A stretch of 64,000 bases of DNA from Clostridium sp. (lineage in GTDB: Bacteria; Cyanobacteriota; Vampirovibrionia; Gastranaerophilales; Gastranaerophilaceae): contig JAHALR010000002.1 of NCBI GenBank assembly GCA_018362895.1, positions 400-64,399 on the forward strand, read 5' to 3'. The translations under genes were made by a program, and so were the position numbers. The notes beneath the pieces were generated by a model, which made no database searches, was not told where the DNA came from, and was given only the letters and a program-made list of their open reading frames with translations. Shown piece after piece: positions 1-10,204 of this stretch (position 1 is the stretch's first letter; each line of letters begins with the position of its first letter).

Positions 1-77
1 AGAACAACTTGTAATCGAGTACTACTCTAAATAATAATCCACATTAATCTGAAAATTATGAATTAGGAGAAAAACAG

Positions 78-1058
78 ATGGAATTAAAAATTAAATGTAA
101 TAACACAGTTACAAACTCAGACGGTTCACAATACGGTAAATTCGTAATCGAGCCGTTGGAAAGAGGATTCGGAAACACTATCGGAAACGCTTTGAGACGT
201 GTATTGTTATCTTCTTTGGAAGGTTCTGCTGTTACTGCTGTCAGAATCGAAGGTATCACACACGAATATACAGCTATACCTGGCATTGTTGAAGATGTAA
301 TCGATATTATGCTCAATCTCAAAGGTATGGTTGTAAAAACTGATTCCAAAGAAGTTCAACAGTTGAGATTAGATGTTGACAAACCGGGCCCGGTGCTTGC
401 TTCTGATATCCAACTTCCCGCAGGTGTTAAAGTTGTTAACCCTGACTGGCTGATTTGTACGGTAGCAGAAGGCGGTTCAATCCACGCTGATATTCTTGTT
501 GAATCAGGAAAAGGATACATTGCTCACGATGTATTAAAAGATGGCAAAAACGGACTTCCTATCGATATGTTGCCGATTGATGCTACATTTATGCCTATCA
601 AACGCGTCAGCTATAACGTAGAAAACACCCGTGTAGGTGACGTTACAGACTTCGACAAATTAAACCTCGAAATCTGGTCAAACGGTTCAATTGATGTAAG
701 CAATGCATTATCACAGGCAGCTAACATTCTTATTGAACACTTTATGCAAATTGCTTCTATCACAGGAACTCCTGTTATCACAGTGCCTCAGGCTGCTGTG
801 GTTGAGGAAGAAGTTGTTGCTGATACAACAGCTCCTACTATTTCAATCGAGGATTTGGAATTGTCAGTAAGAGCTTACAACTGCTTAAAAAGAGCAAGCA
901 TCAACAATATGGCTGAACTCTTGAAAAAATCAGAACATGATCTTTTAAATATCAAGAACTTCGGCAAAAAATCTTCTGATGAAGTAATCGAAAAACTTCA
1001 CCAGTTCGGTTTAGACCTTATGCCTAATCCGGAAGGCGTAGACCTTGAAGAAGTATAA
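78..1058 (+). CDS. rpoA: DNA-directed RNA polymerase subunit alpha
   Basis: 326 aa. The N-terminal FVIEPLERGFGNTIGNALRRVLLSSLEG motif and the C-terminal CTD motif LELSVRAYNCLKRA are diagnostic. Sits upstream of rplQ. Confidence 0.97.
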   Translation: MELKIKCNNTVTNSDGSQYGKFVIEPLERGFGNTIGNALRRVLLSSLEGSAVTAVRIEGITHEYTAIPGIVEDVIDIMLNLKGMVVKTDSKEVQQLRLDVDKPGPVLASDIQLPAGVKVVNPDWLICTVAEGGSIHADILVESGKGYIAHDVLKDGKNGLPIDMLPIDATFMPIKRVSYNVENTRVGDVTDFDKLNLEIWSNGSIDVSNALSQAANILIEHFMQIASITGTPVITVPQAAVVEEEVVADTTAPTISIEDLELSVRAYNCLKRASINNMAELLKKSEHDLLNIKNFGKKSSDEVIEKLHQFGLDLMPNPEGVDLEEV

Positions 1059-1100
1059 GTAATAGTTGAAAAGTACAATTAATTAGTAAGGACAAATAAA

Positions 1101-1538
1101 ATGAGACACCAGTCTAAAAAACACACATTAGGAAAAGCACAAGACCAAAGAAATGCTTTGCTGCGTTCTTTAGCGACTGAACTTATTTTGCACGGTGAAA
1201 TAAAAACTACTATGGCAAGAGCAAAAGCTCTCAGACCTTATGCAGAAAACATCATCACACTTGCAAAACAAGGAAGCCTCCACTCAAGAAGACAGGCTGC
1301 AAGATTCATTTTTGACCGTGAAACAGGCAAATTCATGAATTTTGAAACAGGCGAGGTTCTTGAAGGCGTAGAAAAAGCTGATAAAGAAAAGAAAGCAATT
1401 GCTCAAACTGTTTTGAGAAAATTGTTCAGCGAAGTCGGCAAAAAATACGAAAACAGAAACGGCGGCTACACAAGAATTTACAGAATGCCCCCCAGAAGAG
1501 GCGATGCTTCTGAAATGGCATTGATTCAATTGGTGTAA
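1101..1538 (+). CDS. rplQ: 50S ribosomal protein L17, with an internal insertion of about 25 aa
   Basis: MRHQSKKHTLGK...RNALLRSLATELILHGEIKTT...GGYTRIYRMPPRRGDASEMALIQL matches the L17 signature. Conserved position after rpoA. Confidence 0.95.
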   Translation: MRHQSKKHTLGKAQDQRNALLRSLATELILHGEIKTTMARAKALRPYAENIITLAKQGSLHSRRQAARFIFDRETGKFMNFETGEVLEGVEKADKEKKAIAQTVLRKLFSEVGKKYENRNGGYTRIYRMPPRRGDASEMALIQLV

Positions 1539-2311
1539 TGCCTAAGTATTCGATTATCGTAGAATATATCGGAACAAACTATTCGGGCTCACAGGTTCAG
1601 CCTGATAAGGAAACGATTCAGTCTGAACTTAACAAAGCCCTTCGCACATTAGATAAATCTATAACAAAAACAATATTCTCGGGCAGAACTGACGCCGGAG
1701 TGCATTCAAAAGGACAGGTTGTCCATTTTGTGAGTGAGGAGCCGATTGTTGCTTCAAGGTTTCTCAATTCGATAAATGGTATTCTTCCTAACGACATCAG
1801 TGTTTCAAAAATTGAAGAAGTTGAAGAACGCTTTCATGCTCAACTGAGTGCAAAATACAGAAGGTATCAGTATAGGATTGTCAACAGACGATTCAGAAGT
1901 GCCTGGGATTCTCACTCTCTTTTGGTTCGGGAGCCTCTGAATCTTGAGAGAATGAATTCGGCTCTTTCTTATTTAAAAGGTGAACACGATTTCACTTCGT
2001 TTAAATCAATGAAAACAGCCAATCCTGCAAAAGATTGTATTGTATACAAGGCAGAATGTTCAAAACATGGTGATGAAATTATTTTCGAGATTGTGGCGAA
2101 CAGGTTTTTGTACAATATGGTCAGAACAATAGTCGGGACTTTGTTGATGATTGAGAAAGACAAGCTTGAACCCGAAGCTATGAAACTCATTCTGGAGGCA
2201 AAGGACAGAACGCAAGCAGGACCTACAATCAGTCCTGAGGGGCTGACACTGGTCGAGGTCGGATATTCAGACTTTGATCACAATAAATCAGAAGATAGCA
2301 ACACAATATAA
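1538..2311 (+). CDS. truA: tRNA pseudouridine(38-40) synthase TruA
   Basis: YSIIVEYIGTNYSGSQVQP and the catalytic GRTDAGVHSKGQVVHF motif. TAATG overlap with the rplQ stop. Confidence 0.93.
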   Translation: MPKYSIIVEYIGTNYSGSQVQPDKETIQSELNKALRTLDKSITKTIFSGRTDAGVHSKGQVVHFVSEEPIVASRFLNSINGILPNDISVSKIEEVEERFHAQLSAKYRRYQYRIVNRRFRSAWDSHSLLVREPLNLERMNSALSYLKGEHDFTSFKSMKTANPAKDCIVYKAECSKHGDEIIFEIVANRFLYNMVRTIVGTLLMIEKDKLEPEAMKLILEAKDRTQAGPTISPEGLTLVEVGYSDFDHNKSEDSNTI

Positions 2312-2326
2312 AAGGAAAACTGAAAG

Positions 2327-2764
2327 ATGAAAACATATTCAGCAAAACCTCTTGAAGTTGAAAGAAAATGGTATGTAATCGATGCAGAAGGTCAAACTTT
2401 GGGCAGATTGGCTACTGTTTGCGCTAACTTACTCAGAGGTAAAACAAAACCTGAATTTACTCCTAACGTTGATACAGGCGATTTTGTTATCGTTATTAAC
2501 GCTGAAAAAATTCAGGTTACAGGTAAAAAAGAAACTGACAAAATTTATTACCACCATACAATGTATCCGGGTGGATTGAAATCAATATCTTTTAAAGATT
2601 TGATGGCAAAAGATCCTACAAAAGCTATTGAAAAGGCTGTAAAAGGAATGCTTCCGCACAACACATTGGGAGCTCAACAGTTTACAAAACTGAAAGTTTA
2701 CGCAGGTTCAGAGCATCCGCATGAAGCTCAAAAACCCGTTGTATATGAAATGGAGGTTAAATAA
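2327..2764 (+). CDS. rplM: 50S ribosomal protein L13
   Basis: [21 protein letters not shown]...[16 protein letters not shown] is typical of L13. Confidence 0.96.
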   Translation: MKTYSAKPLEVERKWYVIDAEGQTLGRLATVCANLLRGKTKPEFTPNVDTGDFVIVINAEKIQVTGKKETDKIYYHHTMYPGGLKSISFKDLMAKDPTKAIEKAVKGMLPHNTLGAQQFTKLKVYAGSEHPHEAQKPVVYEMEVK

Positions 2765-3156
2765 TGGCAGACGTAATTATGGCAACAGGCAGAAGAAAAA
2801 CCTCTATCGCAGTTGTAAAATTAGTTAAAGGCAAAGGCAGAGTATTCATCAACGGAAAAACTCTTGCTGCTTATATCGGAAACAGACCTGCTTTGGAAAT
2901 CCAAATTTTCAAGCCGTTAGCGCTGACAGAAAATATGGAAAACTATGATGTTAGAGTTAAAGCAGTAGGCGGCGGAATTTCTTCCCAAGCCGGTGCTATC
3001 AGACACGGTATCTCAAGAGCTTTGTTAGAAGTAAACCCTGAATACAGAAGCGTGTTGAAGGCAGAAGGTCTTTTAACCAGAGATGCAAGAGTTAAAGAAC
3101 GTAAAAAATACGGTAGAAAAAGAGCAAGAAAAAGATTCCAATTCTCAAAACGTTAG
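2764..3156 (+). CDS. rpsI: 30S ribosomal protein S9
   Basis: [15 protein letters not shown].....[18 protein letters not shown], with the basic C-terminus [19 protein letters not shown]. Confidence 0.96.
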   Translation: MADVIMATGRRKTSIAVVKLVKGKGRVFINGKTLAAYIGNRPALEIQIFKPLALTENMENYDVRVKAVGGGISSQAGAIRHGISRALLEVNPEYRSVLKAEGLLTRDARVKERKKYGRKRARKRFQFSKR

Positions 3157-3204
3157 AGAGATGCGGCACGGCCGAAAGAATCTTTGTTCAAATATCAAAG
3201 AAGC

Positions 3205-3238
3205 AAAAAAGCGAATCCTCAACGGTTCGCTTTTTTTT
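3205..3238 (+). terminator. Rho-independent terminator after rpsI
   Basis: Hairpin GCGAA(tcctcaacgg)TTCGC followed by T8. Confidence 0.7.
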
Positions 3239-3381
3239 GCTATTTTAGGATAAATGGCTATAAGTTATTAAAAATATTTGATTCAAAATTTACAATTGTT
3301 AAGCGTTTTGCACTGAAAAAATGATAATTATAGCAAAAAAGTCTATTCACGTGTTATATTACATAAAAACGGAGAAATTTC

Positions 3382-4125
3382 ATGATTAAACAGATTGGCG
3401 GAATCCCGCTTACTATTGTGAAAAATATAAATGGAAAAAGAACTGTAACAGTTGCACCTATTGAAAAACTTTCAAAAAACATAGACAATAAAATTGCAAA
3501 AAATATCGAGGCAAGGCTTAAAGAAACACAAAATTCGGGTGCTCATGTATTAGGTATTTTTGAAAGAGTACTGGACAACGGTGATGTTGTTATCCTTGAA
3601 AATAAAGCAAAATACAGTGATATTGTCGACCCTGTTTTTGCAGATGTTGTTACTTTGTTCAAAAAAGACGGAACTGTTAAAACACGAACTAAGGTCACGA
3701 AATCAAAGACTTTTGTTGGGTATGGTGTGGCTCACAAATATGATGTGTACAAATATATTGAAAGTGTTCGAGACGGAAAAGTTTTATCCAAAAAATCAGC
3801 ATATGTAAAGCTGGACAACGGTTGTTCTCCTATTTTCTGGGAACGAGTTTCATCTAATGCGGACAAGACTGATTATGAGTTTTTTCAAAATCTCGAAAAG
3901 GACAGATATTATATGGATTCGAAAGATTTTCTCGAAAACAAACCGTATAAAAATGATGTATATAAACAAACAGAAGGATGGGAAAAGAAAAGACAAGAAT
4001 TGATGCACGCACCGTGGCATGTTTATGACGAGTTCATAACAAAAGGCGAATGTCTTCCTTTTACAAAAACTAAGGTCACACGCAAAGGAAATTTCATGGA
4101 TGAGTTTAAAGCACCGAAATTTTAA
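3382..4125 (+). CDS. Hypothetical protein (247 aa, no recognised domain)
   Basis: Long ORF with the GGAG-like RBS acggagaaatttcATG. No motif I can assign. Confidence 0.6.
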   Translation: MIKQIGGIPLTIVKNINGKRTVTVAPIEKLSKNIDNKIAKNIEARLKETQNSGAHVLGIFERVLDNGDVVILENKAKYSDIVDPVFADVVTLFKKDGTVKTRTKVTKSKTFVGYGVAHKYDVYKYIESVRDGKVLSKKSAYVKLDNGCSPIFWERVSSNADKTDYEFFQNLEKDRYYMDSKDFLENKPYKNDVYKQTEGWEKKRQELMHAPWHVYDEFITKGECLPFTKTKVTRKGNFMDEFKAPKF

Positions 4126-4176
4126 TCCGGATTAGTTGTATTGCTTTTATTTTAAAAATATAAGATAATAATAACC

Positions 4177-6171
4177 ATGAGAAGAGAATTGACCTTAGCA
4201 TTATCATTATCATTATTTCTGGCAATGGCTCCGATGGGTGTGTCTGCCAAAATGTCACCGGAATCATATCAGCTGTTTCAAACAGCCAACAGCCTTGAAA
4301 AAGACAGCAATCTCGGTCAGGCAGCCGAACAAATAAAAAAAGCAATTGAGCTTTCTCCTGATGAGGCGATACTTTATATCAAATTGGGAGGGCTTTATTC
4401 AGAAATGGGCGACTGGCAGAATGCTCTTGTTGCCTATAAAAAAGCTATCAGAATCAAGCCGAATGATGCTGTTGTTTATATCAGCATGGGAAATATCTTG
4501 CAGCAGCAGCATGATTATGAAAATGCCTTTCAGGCGTATAATCAGGCTTTGACAATTTTTCCGGAATATAAATATAATTATTTGAATCTTGCGAATGTGA
4601 AATTTCTTCAGGGTGATAATCAAGAGGCAATTAAATATTTTAAAACTTTTCTCGGATATTATCCTGACAACGTCGAAGCGAGAGAAAACCTTGCTTCTAT
4701 TTATTTGAAACTGGATAAATATCAAGATGCCGCAGATGAATATGCTTCTCTCTATACGAAAAATCCAACGGGCTTTAATGAATATCCAAATTACGGATTG
4801 GCTCTTTTACGTTCCGGAGATTATACAAATGCAGTTGAAATGTTTAAAAAGGCAGTGAGAATAGACCCTAATGACTATGCTTCTCATGGCAATATGGCTC
4901 TTGCTTATGTAAGACTCGACAAAAATGATCTTGCCTTGATTGAGTTTAGAAACGCTTTTCAGATAAAACCTGATCTTGATGATTTGAAATTTGATTATGC
5001 AAACCTTCTTGCTGATATGGGCAAGACTCAAGATGCAATCAACATGTATAAAGAATATATTGCATACAAACCCAAAGATCCTATGGCATATTATAACCTG
5101 GGTTTGATTTATCAAAAAAATTCAAAATATGATGATGCAATTGCTTCTTACACAAAATCTCTCGAGCTGGAGCCTTCAAATGCAGAAGTAAAAAGAGAAC
5201 TTGCAAGAAGCTATCACTTCAGCAAGAACTATACAGAAGCAATCAAACTGTATGACGAGCTCCTTGCACAGGATAAAAATGATTATAACCTGTTATTCAA
5301 TAAAGCAATTGCGCTTCATGCAACAGGCAGCTATGACAGTGCAATTTCTATTTATAAAAACCTTTATTCTCAAAGAAATGAGCCTAAAGTTAAAGAATAT
5401 TTGGGTAAAGCATATTTGAATCAGGGCGATTATTTTATGAAAAACGGATCACAGAAAAAGGCCGTAAACTGCTATGAACAAGCTGCTGCATTGAATGCTA
5501 ACGATGTTGATGCTTACAAGGCTATGGCGAAGGCTTATGATTCTATCGGGGCAAAAACTAAAGCCATTGAAAAATTTGAAAGAGCTATTGAAATTAACCC
5601 TGATGATCCTGAAACCAATATAGAATATGCAAAAACACTTTCTAAATATGAAAGAAATCAAGAAGCTCAAGATGTTTTCAGTAAGGCTATTTCTCTTGAT
5701 TCACAAAACTCTGAGGCTCACATCGGGCTGGCAGATTCTTACATGGCAGAAAAAGCTTATGACAAAGCAGTTGTTGAATATGAAAAGGCTGTTGCTCTTG
5801 ACTCAGAAGACGAAGCTGCTTTGATTAAACTTGGCAATGCTTATAAAGCTATGTCTCAAACTCAAAAGGCTCTTGAACAGTATGAAAAAGCTGTGTTTTT
5901 GAATATAAAAAATACAGATGCAATGTTCAATTCAGGGCTTTGTTACGCTGAACTCAAAGACTATGCAAAAGCAAAAGATTCATTCAATAAGGTAATTGCT
6001 ATTGACCCGAATTACGCTTATGCTTATTACGCACTGGGCATGGCTTATGAAACAGAAAAAGACTACACAAAAGCTATTGTGAATTATGAAAAATTTATGA
6101 CCCTGTCAGATGATAATGATATGAAATCTCAGGTCAAAAATCAGGTTGAATATTTGAAGTCTAAGAAATAA
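4177..6171 (+). CDS. Secreted tetratricopeptide (TPR) repeat protein
   Basis: N-terminal signal peptide (LALSLSLFLAMAPMGVSA), followed by many 34-aa repeats of the pattern A...Y.KA..L.P....A...LG. Confidence 0.85.
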   Translation: MRRELTLALSLSLFLAMAPMGVSAKMSPESYQLFQTANSLEKDSNLGQAAEQIKKAIELSPDEAILYIKLGGLYSEMGDWQNALVAYKKAIRIKPNDAVVYISMGNILQQQHDYENAFQAYNQALTIFPEYKYNYLNLANVKFLQGDNQEAIKYFKTFLGYYPDNVEARENLASIYLKLDKYQDAADEYASLYTKNPTGFNEYPNYGLALLRSGDYTNAVEMFKKAVRIDPNDYASHGNMALAYVRLDKNDLALIEFRNAFQIKPDLDDLKFDYANLLADMGKTQDAINMYKEYIAYKPKDPMAYYNLGLIYQKNSKYDDAIASYTKSLELEPSNAEVKRELARSYHFSKNYTEAIKLYDELLAQDKNDYNLLFNKAIALHATGSYDSAISIYKNLYSQRNEPKVKEYLGKAYLNQGDYFMKNGSQKKAVNCYEQAAALNANDVDAYKAMAKAYDSIGAKTKAIEKFERAIEINPDDPETNIEYAKTLSKYERNQEAQDVFSKAISLDSQNSEAHIGLADSYMAEKAYDKAVVEYEKAVALDSEDEAALIKLGNAYKAMSQTQKALEQYEKAVFLNIKNTDAMFNSGLCYAELKDYAKAKDSFNKVIAIDPNYAYAYYALGMAYETEKDYTKAIVNYEKFMTLSDDNDMKSQVKNQVEYLKSKK

Positions 6172-6172
6172 T

Positions 6173-6601
6173 ATGAAAACAGCTTCGAAATATTTTATGG
6201 TGCTTTTTTTGTGCTTTACAAGCATTGTTATGAGTGCTTGGCGCTTTCACCTGAAAAAAAACAGACCGCTGCTGCTTTTTAACAACCGTCCTATTACATC
6301 ACAAACCATAAACTATACAACAAGATATTTTAAAACAGGTCAGAAAATCCATTTTATTCTGATAGTTCCATTAGGCTTCAAAGATGACCATATTCGTGTA
6401 CAGCTGGTTAAAAAAGAAGAAAAAACGGAGCATTGGGGATATAAGGTCTACTGGGCTCAGGACTATCAAGTCGAACGTGGAGACAAGTCTTTTATTTCTT
6501 ATATAGTCGTTCCTGAAAAGGGATATTACTTCTTACAAATTTTTGAGTTCAATGATTTTGACTGGCCTCTTGTACGTAATGATTTCTGGGTGAGAGAATG
6601 A
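6173..6601 (+). CDS. Hypothetical membrane-anchored protein
   Basis: One N-terminal hydrophobic helix. Tightly packed between the TPR gene and the next CDS (ATGATG/TGA overlap). Confidence 0.55.
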   Translation: MKTASKYFMVLFLCFTSIVMSAWRFHLKKNRPLLLFNNRPITSQTINYTTRYFKTGQKIHFILIVPLGFKDDHIRVQLVKKEEKTEHWGYKVYWAQDYQVERGDKSFISYIVVPEKGYYFLQIFEFNDFDWPLVRNDFWVRE

Positions 6602-7023
6602 TGAAGAATCTCTTCTTGTATGTAAAATTCTATTTTTTCAAACTCTTTAGCGCAAAATATAAAATAAAAGGTAAATGCAATCGCTGTGGAGCTTGCTGCC
6701 GTAATATAGTTTTTATGATTGAGAATGACTATGTCACAAATGAGGCACAGTTTGAGCGTTTGAAAGAGTTTGACAAAAAATATTACCACTTTGAAATTTC
6801 AGGAAAAAGCGCCCGTAAAGAAAAAAACGGAGAACAGGTTTTGTTGTTCAGATGTAAGTCCCTTGATGAGAACAACAGATGCAAGGATTATTTCTTCCGT
6901 TCGATTTATTGCAGGGAATATCCGCGGGTTACAGAAAAAATCAGACTTGGCGGGTGTGAAACTTTTGAGACCTGCGGATATGAGATAGGGGTTGATAAAA
7001 AATTTAAAGAATATTTAAGATAA
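6598..7023 (+). CDS. YkgJ-family cysteine-cluster protein (CxxCxxCC, putative Zn/Fe-chelating)
   Basis: GKCNRCGACCRN carries the CxxCxxCC signature, with later Cys residues (CKSL..NRCKDY...YCREYP). Confidence 0.7.
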   Translation: MMKNLFLYVKFYFFKLFSAKYKIKGKCNRCGACCRNIVFMIENDYVTNEAQFERLKEFDKKYYHFEISGKSARKEKNGEQVLLFRCKSLDENNRCKDYFFRSIYCREYPRVTEKIRLGGCETFETCGYEIGVDKKFKEYLR

Positions 7024-7138
7024 AAAAATATTAAATATCCTTTACATAACCTGATTTTGGGTCAATTTTTGAATCCGATTTGTTTTACATGTTTTGTGAA
7101 GTAGTCTCAAATTTTGTTGGATTCTGGTACAATAAAAT

Positions 7139-7780
7139 TTGCCGAATGTGAAAGGTAAAACTTTCTTGATTATTAATAACAAAAAAATTCTGAACGGAAT
7201 AAAGTTTGTAGGTGAAAGTATAAACTCTCCGGAACAAAGACTGATTCAAGGTGCGACGGCACTGATGACCCAGCCTTTAATTGACCTGAATAACAAGGAT
7301 GTTGATGAGGATACCAGAATGATGTCAGTGGCAAGAACACTGGCAAAAATAATAGCAGGAACCATAGTCGGAGTGCTTGTACGTCAGGGCAGCATCTCTT
7401 TGATAAATGCTATGTCTCAATATAAATTCAATCCTTTGGCTACTTCAGGTTCTAAGCTTCAAGATGTCGGCAAACTTCGAAGCCTGTTTCTACCTGCTTT
7501 TAAAACAGTTTGTTCTGCAATGACCGAGCAGGCAGCAAAAGAAGAAATGAATCTTTACAGAAAAGGCATGGGCACATTTATCGGAACAATGGTCGGTCTT
7601 ATTACTAACTTCTTGATTGATGCTCCTGCAACAAAATGGCTCACAGGAATATTTTATAAAAAGATAAAGAAAGATGATAATCAACAGGAAAATACATCCA
7701 AAACAAACCTGCAACATGTGAATACAGCAAATACTGCTCCTTCACTGCTTGTGAAACTGCAAAAGGAGGTGCTTAAATGA
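7139..7780 (+). CDS. Hypothetical membrane protein, paralog of the next CDS; start uncertain (TTG 7139 or GTG 7148)
   Basis: Two hydrophobic segments. Shares the YRKGMGTFIGTMVGLITNFLIDAP block with the neighbour. Confidence 0.55.
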   Translation: MPNVKGKTFLIINNKKILNGIKFVGESINSPEQRLIQGATALMTQPLIDLNNKDVDEDTRMMSVARTLAKIIAGTIVGVLVRQGSISLINAMSQYKFNPLATSGSKLQDVGKLRSLFLPAFKTVCSAMTEQAAKEEMNLYRKGMGTFIGTMVGLITNFLIDAPATKWLTGIFYKKIKKDDNQQENTSKTNLQHVNTANTAPSLLVKLQKEVLK

Positions 7781-8517
7781 ATCCGGGCGCTTACTTTGGC
7801 AGATTTAAAGATACGATGTTCAGAGCATACTCTGGTGATGGCGGAAAAATGCTGGTGCATATGGGTGCTTTGGGCTGGCTATTCAGTTCTGCTGCTCAGA
7901 TTGTAGCTATTTTAACCGACAAAAAGATTGATAAATCAAAGAGAAAATTCCTGCTTCCACAGGAGGGCGCAGATGCGGCTGTAAATGTTGTAATGTATTA
8001 TTCGCTTTGTGCTGCTATCAAAAAGGCATCTGATATTGCGGTTGAAAGGGGATATATTATGCCGGGCAATGTTATTGATACACTGATGTCTATAAAACCG
8101 GCTTCTGTTGCTGCTGTTTCGAAAAAGAATTGGAAATCTCTGTTTAATAAAGAGGAATTGAAATCCCTAACAAAAACTTTCTCGTCTTTCAATAATATGA
8201 GTATGTTTAAAAATGCAGAATTGGGAGAACGTCTCGCAGCAAGACTCAAGCTTGTTTCTATGCAAAGAGAATTCAAAGCCTTCAAAAACGGAATGGGAGT
8301 GTTTGCTGCTATATTTGCCTCTGTGCTTGCCTGCAACATTGTTACACCTTATGTAAGAAATATTGTTGCAAATAAAGTTAAAGATAAACTCAACAAAAAG
8401 GAAGCACAGGATATTCGAAAAAAACAGATTGTTTCTAACCTGATGACCAAAAATCCTCTTCCGGCAAGTTTTTCTTCTTTTCAAAAATACAATACGTTTT
8501 CAAATGTTAAAATCTGA
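7777..8517 (+). CDS. Hypothetical membrane protein, paralog of the 7139..7780 CDS
   Basis: Strong RBS AAGGAGGTG upstream of the ATG and overlap with the upstream stop. FKNGMGVFAAIFASVLACNIVTP aligns with the neighbour. Confidence 0.6.
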   Translation: MNPGAYFGRFKDTMFRAYSGDGGKMLVHMGALGWLFSSAAQIVAILTDKKIDKSKRKFLLPQEGADAAVNVVMYYSLCAAIKKASDIAVERGYIMPGNVIDTLMSIKPASVAAVSKKNWKSLFNKEELKSLTKTFSSFNNMSMFKNAELGERLAARLKLVSMQREFKAFKNGMGVFAAIFASVLACNIVTPYVRNIVANKVKDKLNKKEAQDIRKKQIVSNLMTKNPLPASFSSFQKYNTFSNVKI

Positions 8518-8573
8518 TTGAATCTGTCTTTCTTTTTTTATAAACTTATTATGAATAGGAGAGGGGAGAAGAT

Positions 8574-9842
8574 ATGCTGTTTTTTAGTATTGTTTATAAT
8601 TTTGTTTTGCTAACATTGACTCTGGTGTTTTTGCCGGTTATTTTGGTTGCATTGCTTCTTGTGCCGAAATTTCGTGCAGGCTTGTGGCAAAAATTGGGGT
8701 TTTATAACTTTAAAATTGACAAAACAAAACAAACAATCTTCTTTCACGCTGTGTCAGTCGGAGAAGTTAACGCAATCGAAGCACTTGTCAAAAGAACGAG
8801 AAAAGAGCTTCCTGAGGCGAATATTGTCCTTTCTACTACAACAAAAACAGGTCAGCAAATTGCAGAAAAAAAACTTTCAAATACAGTGGATGTTATTACA
8901 TATTTTCCGTTTGACTATTTCTTCAGTGTGAATTCGTTCTTGAATGCAGCCTGTCCGGATAAAATAATCATTGCCGAAACAGAAATCTGGCCTGACTTTG
9001 TTTATCTGGCAAAAAGAAGAAACCTCCCTGTTTATATTGTTAATGGCCGACTTTCTCCAAACTCTTATAAAGGATACAAAAGATTTTCTTTCTTTTTTAA
9101 ACCGGTGCTTTCTTTGTATGAAGGCATCTTTATGCAAACACAGGGTGATAAGGAACGCATTCTGGATGTCGGCGCACCTGAGGAAAAAACAAAAGTTATG
9201 GGTAATTTAAAGTTCGATATAGCTCCGGTGCTAGATGATTCTGAAATCTCTCAACTGGCTGACAGCTTGAAATTGAATTGCAAGAAAATGATTGCCGCAG
9301 CCAGCACTCATAAAGGCGAAGACGAGATTGTGCTTCAATGCTTTAAAGAGATAAAATCTGACTATCCTGACTTGAAACTTCTGCTTGCACCAAGACATCC
9401 CGAAAGATATGAGGCTGTTGAGGCTCTTTTAAAATCAAGCGGATTTTCTTATGGAAGAAGAAGTAAAAATGAAACCTTTGAATCAAATGATATTATTATG
9501 CTGGACACAATGGGCGAACTAATGAAGATGTTTTCTGTCTGCCACTTTGCCTTTATAGGCGGTAGTTTCTCAAAAACGGGCGGACACAACCCGCTTGAGG
9601 CAAATATCTGGGGAAAGCCTGTGCTCTCGGGTGACTGTGTCTTTAACTTTAAAGATATATATGCTTTCCTTACAAAAACAAAAGCTGCAAAGCTTTCCTC
9701 ATCTCAAGAAGAGCTAAAGGATGATATGAAAAAGCTTCTTGAAGACGAATCTCATTACGCTCAGGCATGCAGTGATACTAAGAAAATCTTTGATGAGAAC
9801 AAAGGTGCAGTTGACTTTGTAATAGATGAATTATTGAAGTAA
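8574..9842 (+). CDS. waaA: 3-deoxy-D-manno-octulosonic acid (Kdo) transferase
   Basis: FHAVSVGEVNA...ETEIWP.....K....P...VNGRLS..S...Y and a C-terminal GGSF...GGHNPLE motif are typical of KdtA/WaaA. Confidence 0.9.
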   Translation: MLFFSIVYNFVLLTLTLVFLPVILVALLLVPKFRAGLWQKLGFYNFKIDKTKQTIFFHAVSVGEVNAIEALVKRTRKELPEANIVLSTTTKTGQQIAEKKLSNTVDVITYFPFDYFFSVNSFLNAACPDKIIIAETEIWPDFVYLAKRRNLPVYIVNGRLSPNSYKGYKRFSFFFKPVLSLYEGIFMQTQGDKERILDVGAPEEKTKVMGNLKFDIAPVLDDSEISQLADSLKLNCKKMIAAASTHKGEDEIVLQCFKEIKSDYPDLKLLLAPRHPERYEAVEALLKSSGFSYGRRSKNETFESNDIIMLDTMGELMKMFSVCHFAFIGGSFSKTGGHNPLEANIWGKPVLSGDCVFNFKDIYAFLTKTKAAKLSSSQEELKDDMKKLLEDESHYAQACSDTKKIFDENKGAVDFVIDELLK

Positions 9843-9853
9843 AAATCTGAAAT

Positions 9854-9886
9854 AAAAAAAGACCTCCAATTCAGGAGGTCTTTTTT
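9854..9886. terminator. Bidirectional rho-independent terminator between waaA and rpsR
   Basis: A7-GACCTCC(aattca)GGAGGTC-T6. Confidence 0.7.
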
Positions 9887-9907
9887 ATCGTGAAAAATCT
9901 ATTTTTA

Positions 9908-10138
9908 TTAGTCATATACATAGTTAATTAAAGCGGCTTCTCTTGCTTTTTTTACGGCTCTTGCCAGCATTCTTTGGTGTTCTGCACAAGTTCCAGTAAT
10001 TCTTCTCGGGAGAATTTTTCCAGCTTCAGTTAAATATCTTCTGATTTTTTGAGCATCTTTGTAATCAATAACTTCTACTTTATCTGCACAGAAGTTGCAG
10101 CTTTTTCTTTTGTTTTTGTCGATTTGTGGTCTTGCCAT
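9908..10138 (-). CDS. rpsR: 30S ribosomal protein S18
   Basis: CNFCADKVEVIDYKD...LRRYLTEAGKILPRRITG.C..HQR.LA.A.K.AR. Confidence 0.95.
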   Translation of the reverse strand: MARPQIDKNKRKSCNFCADKVEVIDYKDAQKIRRYLTEAGKILPRRITGTCAEHQRMLARAVKKAREAALINYVYD

Positions 10139-10204
10139 TTTTTTTTCCTTTTCTATTATAATTTGTCGGGCATTTGCGCTCGAACTAACCTAATACTCTA
10201 AGGG

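Noticed and set aside
7094-7111. TTGTGAA-GTAG-TCTCAAA, a possible second Rex box upstream of the 7139 CDS.
   Set aside because: Only the left half-site matches. The right half matches TTCACAA at 3 of 7 positions, so it is not a credible palindrome.
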